From Octopus vulgaris (taxonomy: Eukaryota): a stretch of DNA of 64,000 bases. Below, in pieces: positions 28,330-43,489 of the stretch. Where the stretch lies: assembly GCA_951406725.2 (NCBI GenBank), contig OX597817.1, positions 175,646,001 to 175,710,000 of the forward strand, read 5' to 3'. Both the position numbers and the translations under genes were made by a program. The first letter of the stretch is position 1. Each line of letters begins with the position of its first letter. The notes under the pieces are model-generated. The model did not search any database, was not told where the DNA came from, and saw nothing but the letters and a program-made list of their open reading frames with translations.

Positions 28330-28860
28330 AGTAGACTTTGCGCGTCGTTCGATTCAACATTGTGACCCGATGTCTGTGTGTCTTATACGGAACTCAAGTC
28401 TTTTGGCAAGCATTTGGACCTAGTCTTCGGCCAGACTTATAATTTCCTTTATTTCGTTTATCAGTCTTAGGTATCCTAAAGGTAGAGAGGTAAAATGTTT
28501 CGCAATGTTCACCCAACATGCCAGAAACAGCAGCTATATTTCTATTAAATGACAACATAACGTAACTTTCTGCGGCACAACTATTCAATTTCCATTAACA
28601 TTTCATTCCAACTTCACATTTTCTACGGTTTTCTAAGACACCAATCTTCAACATTTGCATATAACACACTTGCAACTGCTTCGTTGTGCTTGTCCTCGAA
28701 GCAGGTGTCCGATACCACACAAGCAATACCAACAAGATGACTATATACGTTCAAAACCTAGCCTTATCTCTGTTAATGTTCTCAATAGCCACCACATCAC
28801 CGATCAGTGTCATCCTCTTCGGCCCCAGTTGTTGCACGGCTCAAGAAATCTTTCATTTCA
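28330..28860 (-). mobile_element. Highly decayed LINE RT remnant
   Basis: Minus frame IPKTDKRNKGNYKSGRRL resembles the IPK.....NYRPI.L motif at the start of non-LTR RT. Confidence 0.35.
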
Positions 28861-28879
28861 CGTTTCATAGTTTTATTCT

Positions 28880-29345
28880 TTTATTCTATTACTTCTTTCA
28901 GTTATTTGACTGAAGCCATGCTGGAGCACCGCCTTGAAGGGTCTTAGTCAAAGATCTCGAAACCAACGACTTTTTCCTTTTAAGCCTAATACTTAGTCTA
29001 TCGGGCTCTTCTTCAATATTAGTACCTTACACTTCTGAAATTCCAGTTGTCGCTAGAGAGATTTCCATCGTTTTCGATATAGGACAAAAAGTTTAACAAT
29101 TAAAGAAAACGGAGAATACGTACATATATATATATATATATATAAATAAAGATATATATATATAAAGATATATATATATATATGCGACGAGCTTCTTTCA
29201 GTTTCCGTCTACCTAATTCACTCACAAGGCTTTGGTCGATCCGAGGCTATAGTAGAAGACACTTGTCCCCAAGATGACACGCAGTGGGACTGAACCCGGA
29301 ACGATGTGGTTGGGAAGCAATATTCTTACCTCTCCTCCACGTCAG
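28880..29345 (-). mobile_element. SINE family A (interrupted)
   Basis: TTTCAGTTATTTGACTGAAGCCATGCTGGAGCACCGCC tail and GTAGAAGACACTTG...CAGTGGGACTGAACCCGG head. Confidence 0.7.
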
Positions 29346-30104
29346 CACCTATTTTAAATACTTTCTTTTATTTTTGCTTCTGTCCAACATTTCTCATGCA
29401 GAACTCAGTCCTGCCTTGTTTGCATTGATTATTCACATTCCTCGACCTTTCTTAACTGTTTTTTTGTATGCTACGCTTTCTTCGGTCGCTGTGAGAATTA
29501 AAATATTCAGTTAATAAAATACATTCGTTGTGCATATTCTCATTTTCGTCTTTCTTCTTCCACATTACAAATTCGCACCATCCATTTGTGCATTGTAAAC
29601 ACGGAAATGCCTCAGTGGCCACACTACGTCCTAAAAATAGCAGCTACGTACTAAAAATCTACACTTAGCGTCTTCTGCAGCAAGATGATCCGTAGTTTTA
29701 ACAATCGCCTAAAATATTTCGCTTCTCTCTGGTCCGTTTTAAAAGAAAGAAGAATCCTTTGTCTAGTTACAAAATAATTTTATTGTAAAACATCTTTTTC
29801 CCCTTTGGTCGTTATTATAACAGTTCATTTGTTAATAAAATACTTTCGTTCAGAAAAGTAAAATTTGTCATTTTTTTTATCTAAAGGATTAAATGAAGTT
29901 ATCCATTTTTGCATGTTTCCAAAATTGCTAATATTTGTCTTCCACGTTGTAATTGCAACAATATTTCCTTTTCCGTATTTTTAAATTCAGCCATTGTTTA
30001 CATTACTTCCTACTAATTTTTAGACTAGACGAATCACCAATATTATCCACATAGGCTTGCTGTTATATATAGGGTAACAATACATATATTTCTAAATAAG
30101 CAAA

Positions 30105-30650
<546 letters not shown>

Positions 30651-30812
30651 ATGCCCTGATGCAGTACCAGGCAATGCCCTGATGCAGTACCAGGCAATGC
30701 CCTGATGCAGTACCAGGCAATGCCCTGATGCAGTACCAGTAAAATGCCCTGATGCAGTACCAGGCAATGCCCTGATGCAGTACCAGGCAATGCCCTGATG
30801 CAGTACCAGGCA
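30651..30812. repeat. 23-bp tandem repeat x7 at the end of an element
   Basis: ATGCCCTGATGCAGTACCAGGCA x7; fourth copy is a 24-bp variant ending CAGTAAA. Confidence 0.95.
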
Positions 30813-31345
30813 GAGGCTCTCATGGCTTCTGATCTTAACTGATTGGAAGTGTTATCATGTACATTGTTCTGTCTTGGTATAAAAGATGGGCTACAGCAAA
30901 TATTCTGCTCAATACCACAGATTTGCTTGTCAGTTGTTTGACTTTAACCAGTTGAGCATGTCCCTTAGTGGCTGACGATATGTGCATCTCTGATCACGAG
31001 CAGAAGTAGTGGGGGAGCATCATAGCCATGTGTTGAGAGGGATTCTTTGGGGTTTGAATAATTCACCTCTGGAGACATGGGTGGGTTTTTCAACATCCTT
31101 AAACAACCCTTATTCAGGGACCGTTTGAGCGGGATGGGCTACTCAACCTGAAGAAAATTCTAACTGGGCCCCACCTGCAAGGTCATGTGCAGTTTATCTT
31201 GATATGAGATCACCATGCCGCGCACATATGGTTGTGATGCATGTGCCTGGTGTGCCCTTATCAGACGGGTAGTCATGATGGGTATATTGGGCTTCGTATA
31301 TTTTACCCCAGTGTCACTTTGATGGCATGCTCTGCTCGCTCACTC
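30790..31345. mobile_element. ~555-bp non-coding element inserted in (AAT)n, probably mobilised by a TAA-targeting R4/Dong LINE
   Basis: GC-richer unit bounded on both sides by long (AAT)n; no ORF; orientation uncertain. Confidence 0.55.
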
Positions 31346-31860
<515 letters not shown>

Positions 31861-31885
31861 GAAATACCAATACTAGATGACTATA

Positions 31886-32097
31886 GGCGAGCTGTCAGAA
31901 TGGTTAGAACGCCGGGCAAGATGCTTAGCGGCATTTCGTTCTTTATGTTCTGCGTTCAAATTCCGCTAAGGTCGACTTTGCCTTTCATTCTTTTTGGGGT
32001 CGATAAAATGAGTATCAGTTGAGCACCAGGTTCAATGTAACTGACTTACCCGCTTCCCTGAAATTATTGGCCTTCCTACAAAACTTGAAACCAATAT
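31886..32097 (+). mobile_element. SINE family B
   Basis: GGCGAGCTGTCAGAATGGTTAG...GTTCAAATTCCGC...GCCTTTCATTCTTTTTGGGGTCGATAAAATGAGTA. Confidence 0.8.
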
Positions 32098-32539
32098 TAC
32101 ATGAGTGTGCAACACTTGACAGCGAGGTAGGTAATTTCGAAAAAGCCAACAGTCCGATTCGTTTCCGATCGTGGTCATGTGCTAAGGACATATATAAGCC
32201 AATTTCAATAATTCATCTTTGCCGAGATATGTAAAAAAAAATAAAAAATTTAAAAAAATTATCAGAAAACATGTCGCTGAAATCCCGCTCAAAATTCTCA
32301 AGTATTAAACGAATAACAAAATCGACTCAACAACTTCGAACTTTACATAGAAAATTATGACTCTGGTACGGCCAAACAAACGGTGCAAATAATTTGACTC
32401 AGGGTAGTATTGCTATTGACAATTTAATTGACTTCATTAAATTGTGTTTTTTCTTCTTTTTTTTTCATCTTTCATAGTAATGTCATAAAGGGATGCATTG
32501 AAGAGCCGAGGTAGAAAGCTTTTCCAAGGTAGTCGTTTT

Positions 32540-32955
32540 ACAGCTTAGAAATGTCGATTCTGATCTCATCAATGAGAAAATGTTAAAACAGTTTAAAATT
32601 GATAAAAGAGCGCAATTCAGATATGGTGGATGTTCACATCAGAATTGTATTCCTAAATTCACTGCAAAATACTTAAATACCAAATACCGCTTAAATGTTT
32701 CAGGTTTTCCATCAATGTGTAATTATTCTGTCATGTACAACTGACCAAGCTAATGGGATGTCTAATGGTGCACGTTTAGTTACTGAAAACATTCTAGCAA
32801 AAAAACTATTAAGGTAAACAACATAACTGAAAGCCCTCATGACAAATATTAATTCTATTCATTCCGTGTGTTATGCTTCCTTTGAGAAATGTAGAGTTCC
32901 CAACTGTGTTATTCAGAAAACAATTTCTTGTTAGAGTAGCAATAGCAATAGAAAG
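32540..32955 (+). pseudogene. Helitron PIF1-type helicase remnant (frameshifted)
   Basis: Fragments LRNVDSDLINEKML, NGMSNGARLV (cf. GLCNGTRL) and FPTVLFRKQFLVRVAIAI (cf. RRQFPVRLAFAMT). Confidence 0.7.
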
Positions 32956-32999
32956 TATCTTACAGGTATGCAAGCAATCCCAGTGAAAAAAATGTTGTC

Positions 33000-34436
33000 A
33001 CAAACTCTACGCAATCAGAACCTTATATGTATGACATCTGTAATATATAAATTCAAGTTTTAGCAGGGGAAAACAAGCATTTTCGTGAGCCAAATCTGTT
33101 TGAAACAGTATGTCTTGTTGGCTTATGTCAGCTTCATCATTACTATCGTCTGTTATAGCGATCTCTTCACTTTTTTATCAGTCTCATCGGTTGAGGCAAT
33201 ATTTTCAATATTTTTTTGGATAGAGAATGTCGATCACAGACAGATGTACGCAATGTGTGAGACATTGTTGGTGATCAGGTCTTATTTCTTTTCCGAATTT
33301 CACCATCATAGAAGTACCATCCGCCGTACAGCCAACAATGTGTATATACAAATCCAATCCAAATTCACGAGGATGTCCTCTCACAAATTGCTCTGTTCTC
33401 CTGCTATTAAGGGAGCCATGGATCTCAATAAGACCCAACGACCAATAATTGTCTTTCCCATGGACATTTATGTTCATATATCGTTTATTTTGAATTGATG
33501 TGTATTCATCCAATGTCAATGAGTAGCGAATCCCCAGCGCTATTTCTTTTTCGAAATAATGAATAAGTTCTTCTTTCTTGGTTATGTAATAATTCTTTAC
33601 CATATTCCTGACTCCAGTTGCAGTTGTTGGTTGTAATTTATCATATTTGCCTCTCTGACTATGAAGATTTCTCTGTATAAAATTGCGTTTGGCGATTAAA
33701 TTGAAAGAGAATCCATCCATAGCAGCTAACTTTGAAACTTCTTCCATTGAGTTCTTTGTTAAAAAGTGTTCCATTGTTGTTGTCATTTTCACAGGAGTTT
33801 GGTTTGCATCTTCATTTATGAATTTGATGAATTTTCTTCATGTGCAAGATCAGAGACGTAGTAGAGCCTCCAGAAGACTTCATGATCTTATCACACTTAT
33901 TGCATTGAGCTTCATCTTTGTTTTTCCTATCGAAAAAATTCCAAACAGTTGATTTTCTTTTTATCACGCTAGGGCTAATGAAAATAATTAAGAAAAAATT
34001 TAATTAATGTTACTTCCTTAAAATGAATCGGGAACTGGTTATTACATATGCTCAACGGGAAAGATCACCTGACTGAAGACTAACAGCATCCCCTTAATTT
34101 ACTATGAATAAACTCTGTTACCTCCAAATTCAAAGAGTCAGCTAGGGGCTAGCGAAGGAAATGACAAGGTGCTGATCTAAGGTTCAAGAGGAGAGAAGGT
34201 GAGAATTGATATGTTGCGATATGTTTCAATGAAACAGACAGCATTCTCAACTAAAGGCGACCGACAGTAGTTCAGTTAGTTCAGTTTTAACGATATTTCT
34301 TCAAAAGGAAAAAATGGAGAAAAGTTTTGCGAAAAAAAAAAGAAACAGCAAGCATTAAAATCGGTTTTGGCAAATCCGTTTCGGTTTTACTGATCATAAT
34401 ATAAAACCGGTTTTATATAACCGGTTTCGAGTCCTA
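33000..34436 (-). mobile_element. Truncated hAT element with 5' end
   Basis: Minus-strand terminus TAGGACTCGAAACCGGTT with repeated AACCGG subterminal motifs upstream of the transposase; terminal TATATAACCGGTTTCGAGT duplicated. Confidence 0.55.
33205..33792 (-). pseudogene. hAT transposase fragment
   Basis: ORF has YSLTLDEYTS (first D), CTADGTSMM (second D) and C..H motif CLTHCVHL. Confidence 0.85.
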
Positions 34437-34459
34437 ATATATAACCGGTTTCGAGTTCT

Positions 34460-34684
34460 GCGACGAGCTGGCAGAAACGTTAGCAGGCTGGGCGAAATGC
34501 GTAGCCGTATTTCGTCTGTCGTTACGTCGTGAGTTCAAATTCCGCCGAGGTCGACTTTGCCTTTCATCCTTTCGGGGTCGATAAATTAAGTACCAGTTAC
34601 GCACTGGGGTCGATGTAATCGACTTAATCCGTTTGTCTGTCCTTGTTTGTCCCCTCTATGTTTAACCCCTTGTGGGCAATAAAG

Positions 34685-34688
<4 letters not shown>
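34460..34688 (+). mobile_element. SINE family B (young subfamily)
   Basis: CGAGCTGGCAGAAACGTTAGC...GAGTTCAAATTCCGCCGAGGTCGACTTTGCCTTTCATCCTTTCGGGGTCGATAAA...AATAAAGAAATATA. Confidence 0.85.
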
Positions 34689-34737
<49 letters not shown>

Positions 34738-35399
34738 AATGAAAATTTATATATAAAGAACGTGAAATACACGAAGGGACGAACACGGAAAGCAGACAAG
34801 TCATTCGAAGCCTTCAATCTTCAGTCAGAAACCGAATCATCATGGCAAATTTCGGCTGATTAATTCTGATATTTGCTCCAACTCGGCCAGCCCCAAGGAA
34901 AAAACTAAGCTGTGGGCATTAGATTTCTTGGTAGAAGGAAAGAATGTAAACGCAACAGAGACGAATATAAATACAAGAAACGAAAACAAAATTGAAAACA
35001 ATAATGGTTAAAAACAGGATAACAGCGGGTGTCTTACGACTTTAGACGAAATGAGACAAAATAAAGGTAAGATCCAAGGATCAAAGTATAGGAGGTCAAT
35101 GCGTTCAAGCAATCTGTAGAAGATAAATTTACTATTTCCGAGGTCCCGCTATCTATAAACTATATGTAGCTTGGATTTTATCTACTCTGTGTGTGTGTGA
35201 GTGTATTGATCAAAGTGTACACTATTATATACCGATAACGACCGATCTTACCAGTCAGTTAGATAACAACACGGTCAAGTATCACCACACGCTCTTCAGA
35301 TCAGCGCTTAACCGTGCTGTTATCTAATACCCAGTGCGAAACCGATTGCTTTAGATCAGTCTCTGTATCAACCAAACTACCATTGCTGTTAAACTCCGC

Positions 35400-35655
35400 T
35401 GACCACAATACGTTTCCTCGCATTGTTTTAGCTTTCGAAAGATACCACCCCGCTGGTTAGGCAAGCAGGCAGGCCAATATTCTTCCTGAACGGAATACCA
35501 TTCCGTCGCATGGTTACCCTTTTGCAGCTGAGCGGACTGGAGTTATCTAAAATCAAATGTTTTGCCCCAGAACACAAAGTACTGCCGAGATGGGAATCGA
35601 AACCACGATTACGAGATCATGAGTGCAACATCCTTAACCACTGAGTCATGCACCT
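35400..35655 (-). mobile_element. Older tRNA-derived SINE related to family D
   Basis: Minus head GGTGCATGACTCAGTGGTTAAGGATGTTGCAC...GGTTTCGATTCC. Confidence 0.6.
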
Positions 35656-35686
<31 letters not shown>

Positions 35687-36138
35687 TGCGATTCACATGT
35701 TTGGTTCGATGACAGCTAAATTTTCTTGTACCTTACCGTATATAACACGCACATTGTTTCTTCACTCTTAGATTTTAATGTTTACGGTTTTTTTTTAAAT
35801 CCTACATCAGAAAAATTTTTACGCACATCTATAAACTCCATCAGATGAGCTTTCCGTATTCAGCTGAGGTTATTTTGCCAAAGTTATGACTTGTTTATTT
35901 TTTTATGCCTAAACGCTGTTTTATGGTAAGTATAGATTCGTGTGTATGTCTGTGTATGTGTGTGTGTGTCTGTGTATGTGTGTGTGTATGTGTGTGTAAC
36001 GTGTTTTTTGAGCGTGTAGGATGTATTTCAGCATTGTTGTGGTGTTTACATATATTAAAAGAGTATATGTGTGCTTGCTTGTGCGTATGTGAACATATAT
36101 ATCTGTGTTTTGTGTTTCATGTTAGCAAGAAGACAAAC

Positions 36139-36371
<233 letters not shown>

Positions 36372-36595
36372 TGAGAGAAACAGACAATAAAATATACAGA
36401 AGAGTTGATAGTTAAAGGTCTTTTTTCGTTTGTTCTTTTTTAAATTTCGGAAAGTTTTGGAAAAGTTGTAGCTGGTGTCTAATATTTCTTCACTGAAGAT
36501 TTTTGCTGGTTCCTAACTATAAAATCAGTGTAAGGAACACATTTCAATGAAGAAAAAGGCAAGAATATCTTGAAATCTTTTCTAAAGCTTACTAC

Positions 36596-36660
<65 letters not shown>

Positions 36661-36794
36661 AGATTCTCTCTTTATCTCCCTTTATATACATATATAAGTA
36701 TGTGTGTGTGTATATATTTATATGTATGTATGAACGTATGTATATATATCCATACATACATATATATATACTTATATATATATATATACATACT

Positions 36795-36840
<46 letters not shown>

Positions 36841-37222
36841 TTACTTGTCACCATGCATACAAACGCACCCACCAACACACATAAGTACATTCAAATGCAT
36901 ACGTCAGCGCTCACTACAACAACCACACCAACTACTCCATGTACACGCACCAAAATATTTAGCAACGTTTGGCAATACATAATAAGGCAGATTTAACTTC
37001 GGTAAAACAAATGCAGCTGAATATGAAAAAGCGAAGCGATGAGGCTACAAATGTATAAAGGGAAATAATCTGCGGCAAAAACAAAAGATTATGAAACAAA
37101 AAAAAAACTGAATAATGTTAAGGAACACTGCATGTGTTATATATCAGGAGGTACCGAGGAGTGCAAGAAATTTTAACGAAAGTATATGTGCATATGTGTG
37201 TTTGCGAGTGTGTGCACAGGCG

Positions 37223-37268
<46 letters not shown>

Positions 37269-37284
37269 AGTGTGTGTGCGCGCG

Positions 37285-37334
<50 letters not shown>

Positions 37335-37418
37335 AGTGTGTGTGCGCGTGTGTGTATTCATATCTAAGTATTTATGTATATATATATATATATATATGTA
37401 TGTATTTCTATGTATGTT

Positions 37419-37469
<51 letters not shown>

Positions 37470-37490
37470 ACATATGTGTGTATATATATG

Positions 37491-37537
<47 letters not shown>

Positions 37538-37549
37538 GTATGTATGTAT

Positions 37550-37590
<41 letters not shown>

Positions 37591-37617
37591 TATATATATA
37601 TATACATACATACATAC

Positions 37618-37686
<69 letters not shown>

Positions 37687-37934
37687 TATAATAAGTTAAA
37701 AACATGTCATGAGTGTAAGAGCAAACGGGAAATAGGCACAGATGGTCACCAAATCCTCATCACGTATACGCATGCGTGTATATGTATGTATCTAAGAAGA
37801 TTTTTGTAAGCCAGAAAAAAAGAACAGGTTCGTGTATTAGGTAACAGAATGGTTATAGTATTTATACAGTATAATACTGTAGAATATAACACACATACAC
37901 ACGCGCGCGCACACACATATGCGCATGAGCTTAT

Positions 37935-38119
37935 ATAGGAGCATGCGTGGTAGTGTGCTAAGAAGTTTTCTTTCCAGTCACATGGTTCCGGGTTCAGTTC
38001 CACTGTATGGCACCTTGGGCAAGTGTCTTCTATTATAGCCCTTGGCCAACTAAAGCATTGTGAGCGGATTTGGTAAATGGAAATAGAAAGAAGTTCGTCG
38101 TACGTATATATATAAGTGT

Positions 38120-38162
<43 letters not shown>

Positions 38163-38390
38163 TGTGTGAGTGCGTGTGTGTGTGTACGTTTGCGTCTCTG
38201 CCTGTCAGCCACCACCGCTTGTTTACCGGTGTTGATATGTTTGCGTCCCGTAACCCAGGGATTTGGTAAAAGAGTGAGATAGAATAAGCACGAGCCTTTA
38301 AAAAAGTACTGGGATCGATTCATTCGACTAAAATTCATCTAGGTGGTGTCCCAGTATGGCTGCAGGCGAATGATAACCTAGTTAAAGATA
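37935..38390 (+). mobile_element. SINE family A
   Basis: CATGGTTCCGGGTTCAGTTCCACTG...GGCAAGTGTCTTC...CCCGTAAC...CAGTATGGCTGCAG. Confidence 0.75.
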
Positions 38391-38789
38391 TTTATTAATA
38401 TATATATAATAGAAATATGTTACAAAAAGAAAATAGAAACTACACGTGGAAATGTAAGGGGAAAGTAGGAAGAAAATAAGCGAAAATGCAGATTGGAAAA
38501 AATTAAAGGCTTTTTATGTAACGATAGATATATACAATTAGATGAACTGAGGTAGGAATAAAAGTAATAAAAGTCATTATTGTGAATTGTTAAAGAGATT
38601 CAAAAGCATACTGGTTTCGTGAATTTACTAATCATTGCTTTCAATGCACACCGATTAATGAACGGTGTTAGGTCTACTAGTCCGTGAGTAAAACGATTAT
38701 GTGTAAGGGAGGTAACTGTTATAAATGACATCTCCGCAAATCATTTTCCCGTGAATTATTTGTTCCGTATATATATATATATATATATA

Positions 38790-39105
38790 TTTTTACTGGT
38801 TTCAGTGATTTGACTGTAGCCATACTAGAGTACCGCCTTCAGGGGCTTTAGTCAAACCCAAGCATTTTTTAAAAGTTTTGTACTTATTCTATCGGTCATT
38901 CTCGCCGAACCGCCAAGTTACGAGGACCCAAACACACCAACACAGGTTTTCAAGCGCTGATGGGGTGGGGGACCAAGTTTCCGTCTACCAAATCGACGCA
39001 CAGGGCTTTTTATTGGCCCGAGGCTATAGCAGAAGACACTTGCTGTGGGACTGAACCCAGAACCATGTTGTTGAGAAGCAAGCTCCTTACCACACAGCCA
39101 TGCCT
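38790..39105 (-). mobile_element. SINE family A
   Basis: CCGAACCGCCAAGTTACG...AGCTCCTTACCACACAGCCATGCCTG. Confidence 0.75.
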
Positions 39106-39126
39106 GTATGTATGTATGTATGTATG

Positions 39127-39190
<64 letters not shown>

Positions 39191-39199
39191 CATACATAT

Positions 39200-39264
<65 letters not shown>

Positions 39265-39284
39265 CAAATATTTATATAGTGAGC

Positions 39285-39416
<132 letters not shown>

Positions 39417-40039
39417 CACCTATGCCAATAACACCTGTCTGTTACTTTTATTTATCCACATCTGAGTGGATACATGGCAAATATGACCTCCATTGTGTTC
39501 GAATTTGGAATGCAAAAACCGCCCTATGATGTTGATATAATTAATAAATACCGATTTCAAGCTGAAGCAAATGACCACACACAATAGAGTACAGAGGGCT
39601 TCCAGTTGAATATACTGATCCCAGTGATTTTTTTAATATTGTTATATTTAACCAACAGAAGTTACAAAATGACTCTAAGCCCGAAATTCCTATGTATTTA
39701 AAATTTGTCCTTGCTTTATCAACCTCAAATACAGAAAGACACATTCGACTTTGGAAAGACTTGAACCGACAACATAAAAGTTTATAAGAATATCAAATCA
39801 AAACGTTGTCAAAGCATTTCTCAGGTTGGAACAAATGTTTGTTGTTTTCCTTTCTTTGTTTTTATTTTCATACTAATTTTCCCCATTCATGTCAGTGCGT
39901 CACTTTCAACCATTCCGAAATAGAATTAAATATTGTAACTTGCATTCAATACTGTAACTTATGTGATGTCTCACTCGACCAATTCTGTCACTTCACCATT
40001 TCTAATAAACGTATTCCTAATAACGGTTTCTAATGAAAG

Positions 40040-40600
40040 CTCAAGGCCAGCAATGTTGAGGAGAGGGTTTCGAGATCAGTACCAGATCGCCATGTTTATT
40101 ATTGATTTCAAGGGGATGAAAGGCAAAGTTCAACAGCGGGATCTGAACTCAATGCTTAAGGGGCTGAAAGATAGGGGGGTTTTTTCCGACGCTCTGGCGA
40201 TTCCGCCATCTCTCATCCCTAAAAAGTATCCACTTAACAACTCTTTCTATTATAGGCCCTGAAATTTTGGAGGAAAAGTATTGTCGATTTCCTTGGTGGC
40301 ATTTGAACTCAGAACGTAAAGAGCCAAAAGATATACCGCTTTGCATTTTTTTTCAGGGGTGGTAATGATTCTACCAGCTCACCAACTTCTATGGCACCAA
40401 ATTTTGGCACTAGGCCAGCAATGTTAGGAGGAGGGGCTTTTCGATTACATTGACTCCAGTACTTGTCTGGTGCTTTATTTCATCGTCCCGAAAAGATGAA
40501 TGCAAAGTTGGTCCTGGCAGGATATGAACTCAGAACGTGTAAAAAAACAATTAGTGAGTGAAATGCTGATGTCCTTAACGTGTCTGCCAGCTCGTCACCT
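40040..40600 (-). mobile_element. Cluster of decayed family B SINEs
   Basis: Three GATGAA.GGCAAAG...TGAACTCA units in tandem. Confidence 0.65.
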
Positions 40601-41158
40601 TTCAAACGTAACTTAAATAACCTCATTGTTTTTATATTATCATAATGATGAGCGTATTACAATTTTATTGTCCATCTTTAGTCAAGTGGAAAAACCAGTA
40701 CCACTGTTGATGATCTGTCTTCTGGAGGAGACGGTTTAGAATTCCATTCAGACCAGTTCACTCTTGATATTTGCTACTTTAATTGCGGTTCTGACATCGA
40801 AAAACAAAGTCATTGTTGCGTTGCCTCATCAATTTCCGATAGATTCGTCCTCGTAACGCTGTAGAATTTATATTTATTACAAATACAACAGATATAGATT
40901 AAAGCAATTTCTTGTTCATTCATCCTTCGATTCATTTTTGTAAATCCATTATGCGAAGTATTTCCTGAAAGCGAAGGGAATGAGAGATGTTGGTTTTAAT
41001 ATGATTATGTGATTAGTAACAAGTAAAAAGTACTACAGAGATGTATGAATTGTTGCTGTCCGACGTAGCTTGGCAGGGCGAAAGATTTTACTGTTTATAT
41101 ATGTACGTACATATATGTATTATGTATGTATATATGTATGTATGTACGTGTGTTTGTA

Positions 41159-41213
<55 letters not shown>

Positions 41214-41477
41214 GTGAAGTTAGACAGATAGATAGAGCATACATAGTTATAGAAACTCACACTTATATATATATGTATATACAAATGTTCGTTTGTATAT
41301 ACACAAACATTTAGTATGTACGTATACACCCACATATATATATGACATTGTAAAACTATACATATACATATATGCATGTGTGGTTGTATGTGTATAAATG
41401 ATTATATATGCGTGTGTATCGTTGGCGATTTTCTTTCTCCGTCTTCCCTTCCTTGGACCTTTGCTTTTTATATATTC

Positions 41478-41505
41478 CTGACGAAGAGCTCCGCTCGAAA
41501 CGTTA
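41478..41505 (+). ncRNA. Minimal PLE-type hammerhead ribozyme core
   Basis: CTGACGA-A-GAGC-TCC-GCTC-GAAA-CGTTA: perfect helix II and palindromic AACGTT helix III. Confidence 0.7.
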
Positions 41506-41646
41506 AGTCCTCCTTCTTTCTTTCCTTTCCTGAGCGTCCAATAACACTATATTTGTTCGACGTCCTCGCGTTGCTGTGTTTTCTCTTTGTTCATGTTTGG
41601 ATTTTTACTGCATATATATGTGTGTGTATACATATTATACATACAT

Positions 41647-41696
<50 letters not shown>

Positions 41697-41697
41697 T

Positions 41698-42570
41698 CAG
41701 GGTGCGGTGAATATTTTGTCGTCTAAATTACGCAGAAATGAAAATAACACCGACATCTCATTTTAACAGATATATTTACCATAATTCCATAAAAATATCT
41801 TGAAATACAAAAGAGTAAATTTATTCAATAAAATCGCCAATGGCTTCAACAAGAGCCTCTAGACTACTTCGGAATCTCCTGCAACTCTTCTGGAAAGTCT
41901 CCTTGTTTAAGTTGGTGAATGCTGCCATAATCTTTGCCTTCAGTTCATCGTTGGTGTTACAAAGAGTTTTGCTAGTCTCTCGCTCAACTGCATCGCACAC
42001 ATAATAATCAAGGGGGTTAGCTGGCCAGACGTTAGGGGTGATGTGGTCGCAGAAATTGTCTGACAGCCATGACTGGGTTGTCGTGCTTGTGTGGCATGGT
42101 GCAGAGTCCTGTTGCTAGACATAGGCTGTACCAGCGGCCACCCTCTTTACACAGAGCAGCACTACCTATTCCAAGCACTTCATGTAGGCCTCCGTGTTGA
42201 GTCTGAAGCCGTGTGGGAAGAGAATGGAGGCATCATGTCGCTATCACTAGTGATCATTCCAATCCCCACGATGTTGACTGGATGTTTGATTTTTATTGCT
42301 CTCGGTACGTGTTTTGGGGACACGACAAGCCAACGTTTCTTCTGTGTGTTCACCGTCTATTCGTACTGGAGCTTCCGGCGCGAATGCCAAGTAGTACAGC
42401 ATATTGTTTCCAAATTTCTGGAAGAGTGAATTGCGTCATGATGCTGCTTTTCTCACAGACGGTGCCTAACTGACCCTACTATGCTGTGTTGTCAACAAAA
42501 TCAAAAACAAACCATGCACATACGCGAAATTGAAAATATAAAATGGCTACAATTTATCCATCGCACCCTG
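41698..42570 (-). mobile_element. Internally deleted Tc1/mariner element
   Basis: TIRs CAGGGTGCGGTGAATA / TTTATCCATCGCACCCTG|TA; minus strand has WLSDNFCDHITPNVWP...DYYV transposase remnants. Confidence 0.8.
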
Positions 42571-42672
42571 TATGTATGCACTCACATATATAATTGTGTG
42601 TGCATATATATATGTGTGTGTGTGTGTGTGTATGCATATATATATATATACATATATATCTGTGCATGTGAC

Positions 42673-42756
<84 letters not shown>

Positions 42757-42824
42757 TAGAGAGAAAGATAGATAGATAACAGAATGATATACAGGAAAGA
42801 AATCCGATAAGTCAAAATCCATTT

Positions 42825-42916
<92 letters not shown>

Positions 42917-43489
42917 TAATAATAATCTTTTCCACTCTAGGAACACGGCCCGAATTTTTTGGAGGGAGAACCAACTGGTACTTATTTAATCAACCCCGAA
43001 AGGATGAAAGGCAAAATCGACCTCGGCGGAATTTGAACTCAGAAGGTAGCGACGGGCAAAATGCCGCAAAGCATCTCGTCCAGCGTGTGATTTAATAGAA
43101 TTCCAAATCTCATTGAAAATAATAAAAATGTGTGAACAAAGTGAACACCCACTAAGACAAAAAAAGAAAAAAGTTCTCCTTAAAGGAAATTGGATCTGCT
43201 TGTTTTTGTTTCTAAATGCAATCCAGGATGATCTCTGTTTAAAGTGACAGTACGACAGCGTTGACCTAAAAAGGAAAAAAGAAAGTTCACGTGGTGGGTG
43301 ACAATGTGTGCGTCGTTAAGAAGTATACATACATACATAGATGGTGGCTGCCCCCTCGTTATCGAGTATGGCCATTGCACGAAGCTTAATCAATGTTGTT
43401 ATCGTTCAATGCCTTTGCAAGAAATTTTTTTTTAAAGTGAGGAAAGGCTGTGCACTGAGTCAATCCCACTCACTAAGCAACAGCAGTCA

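Noticed and set aside
30651-30812. CRISPR-like array
   Set aside because: Repeats are contiguous with no unique spacers, no cas genes, eukaryotic context
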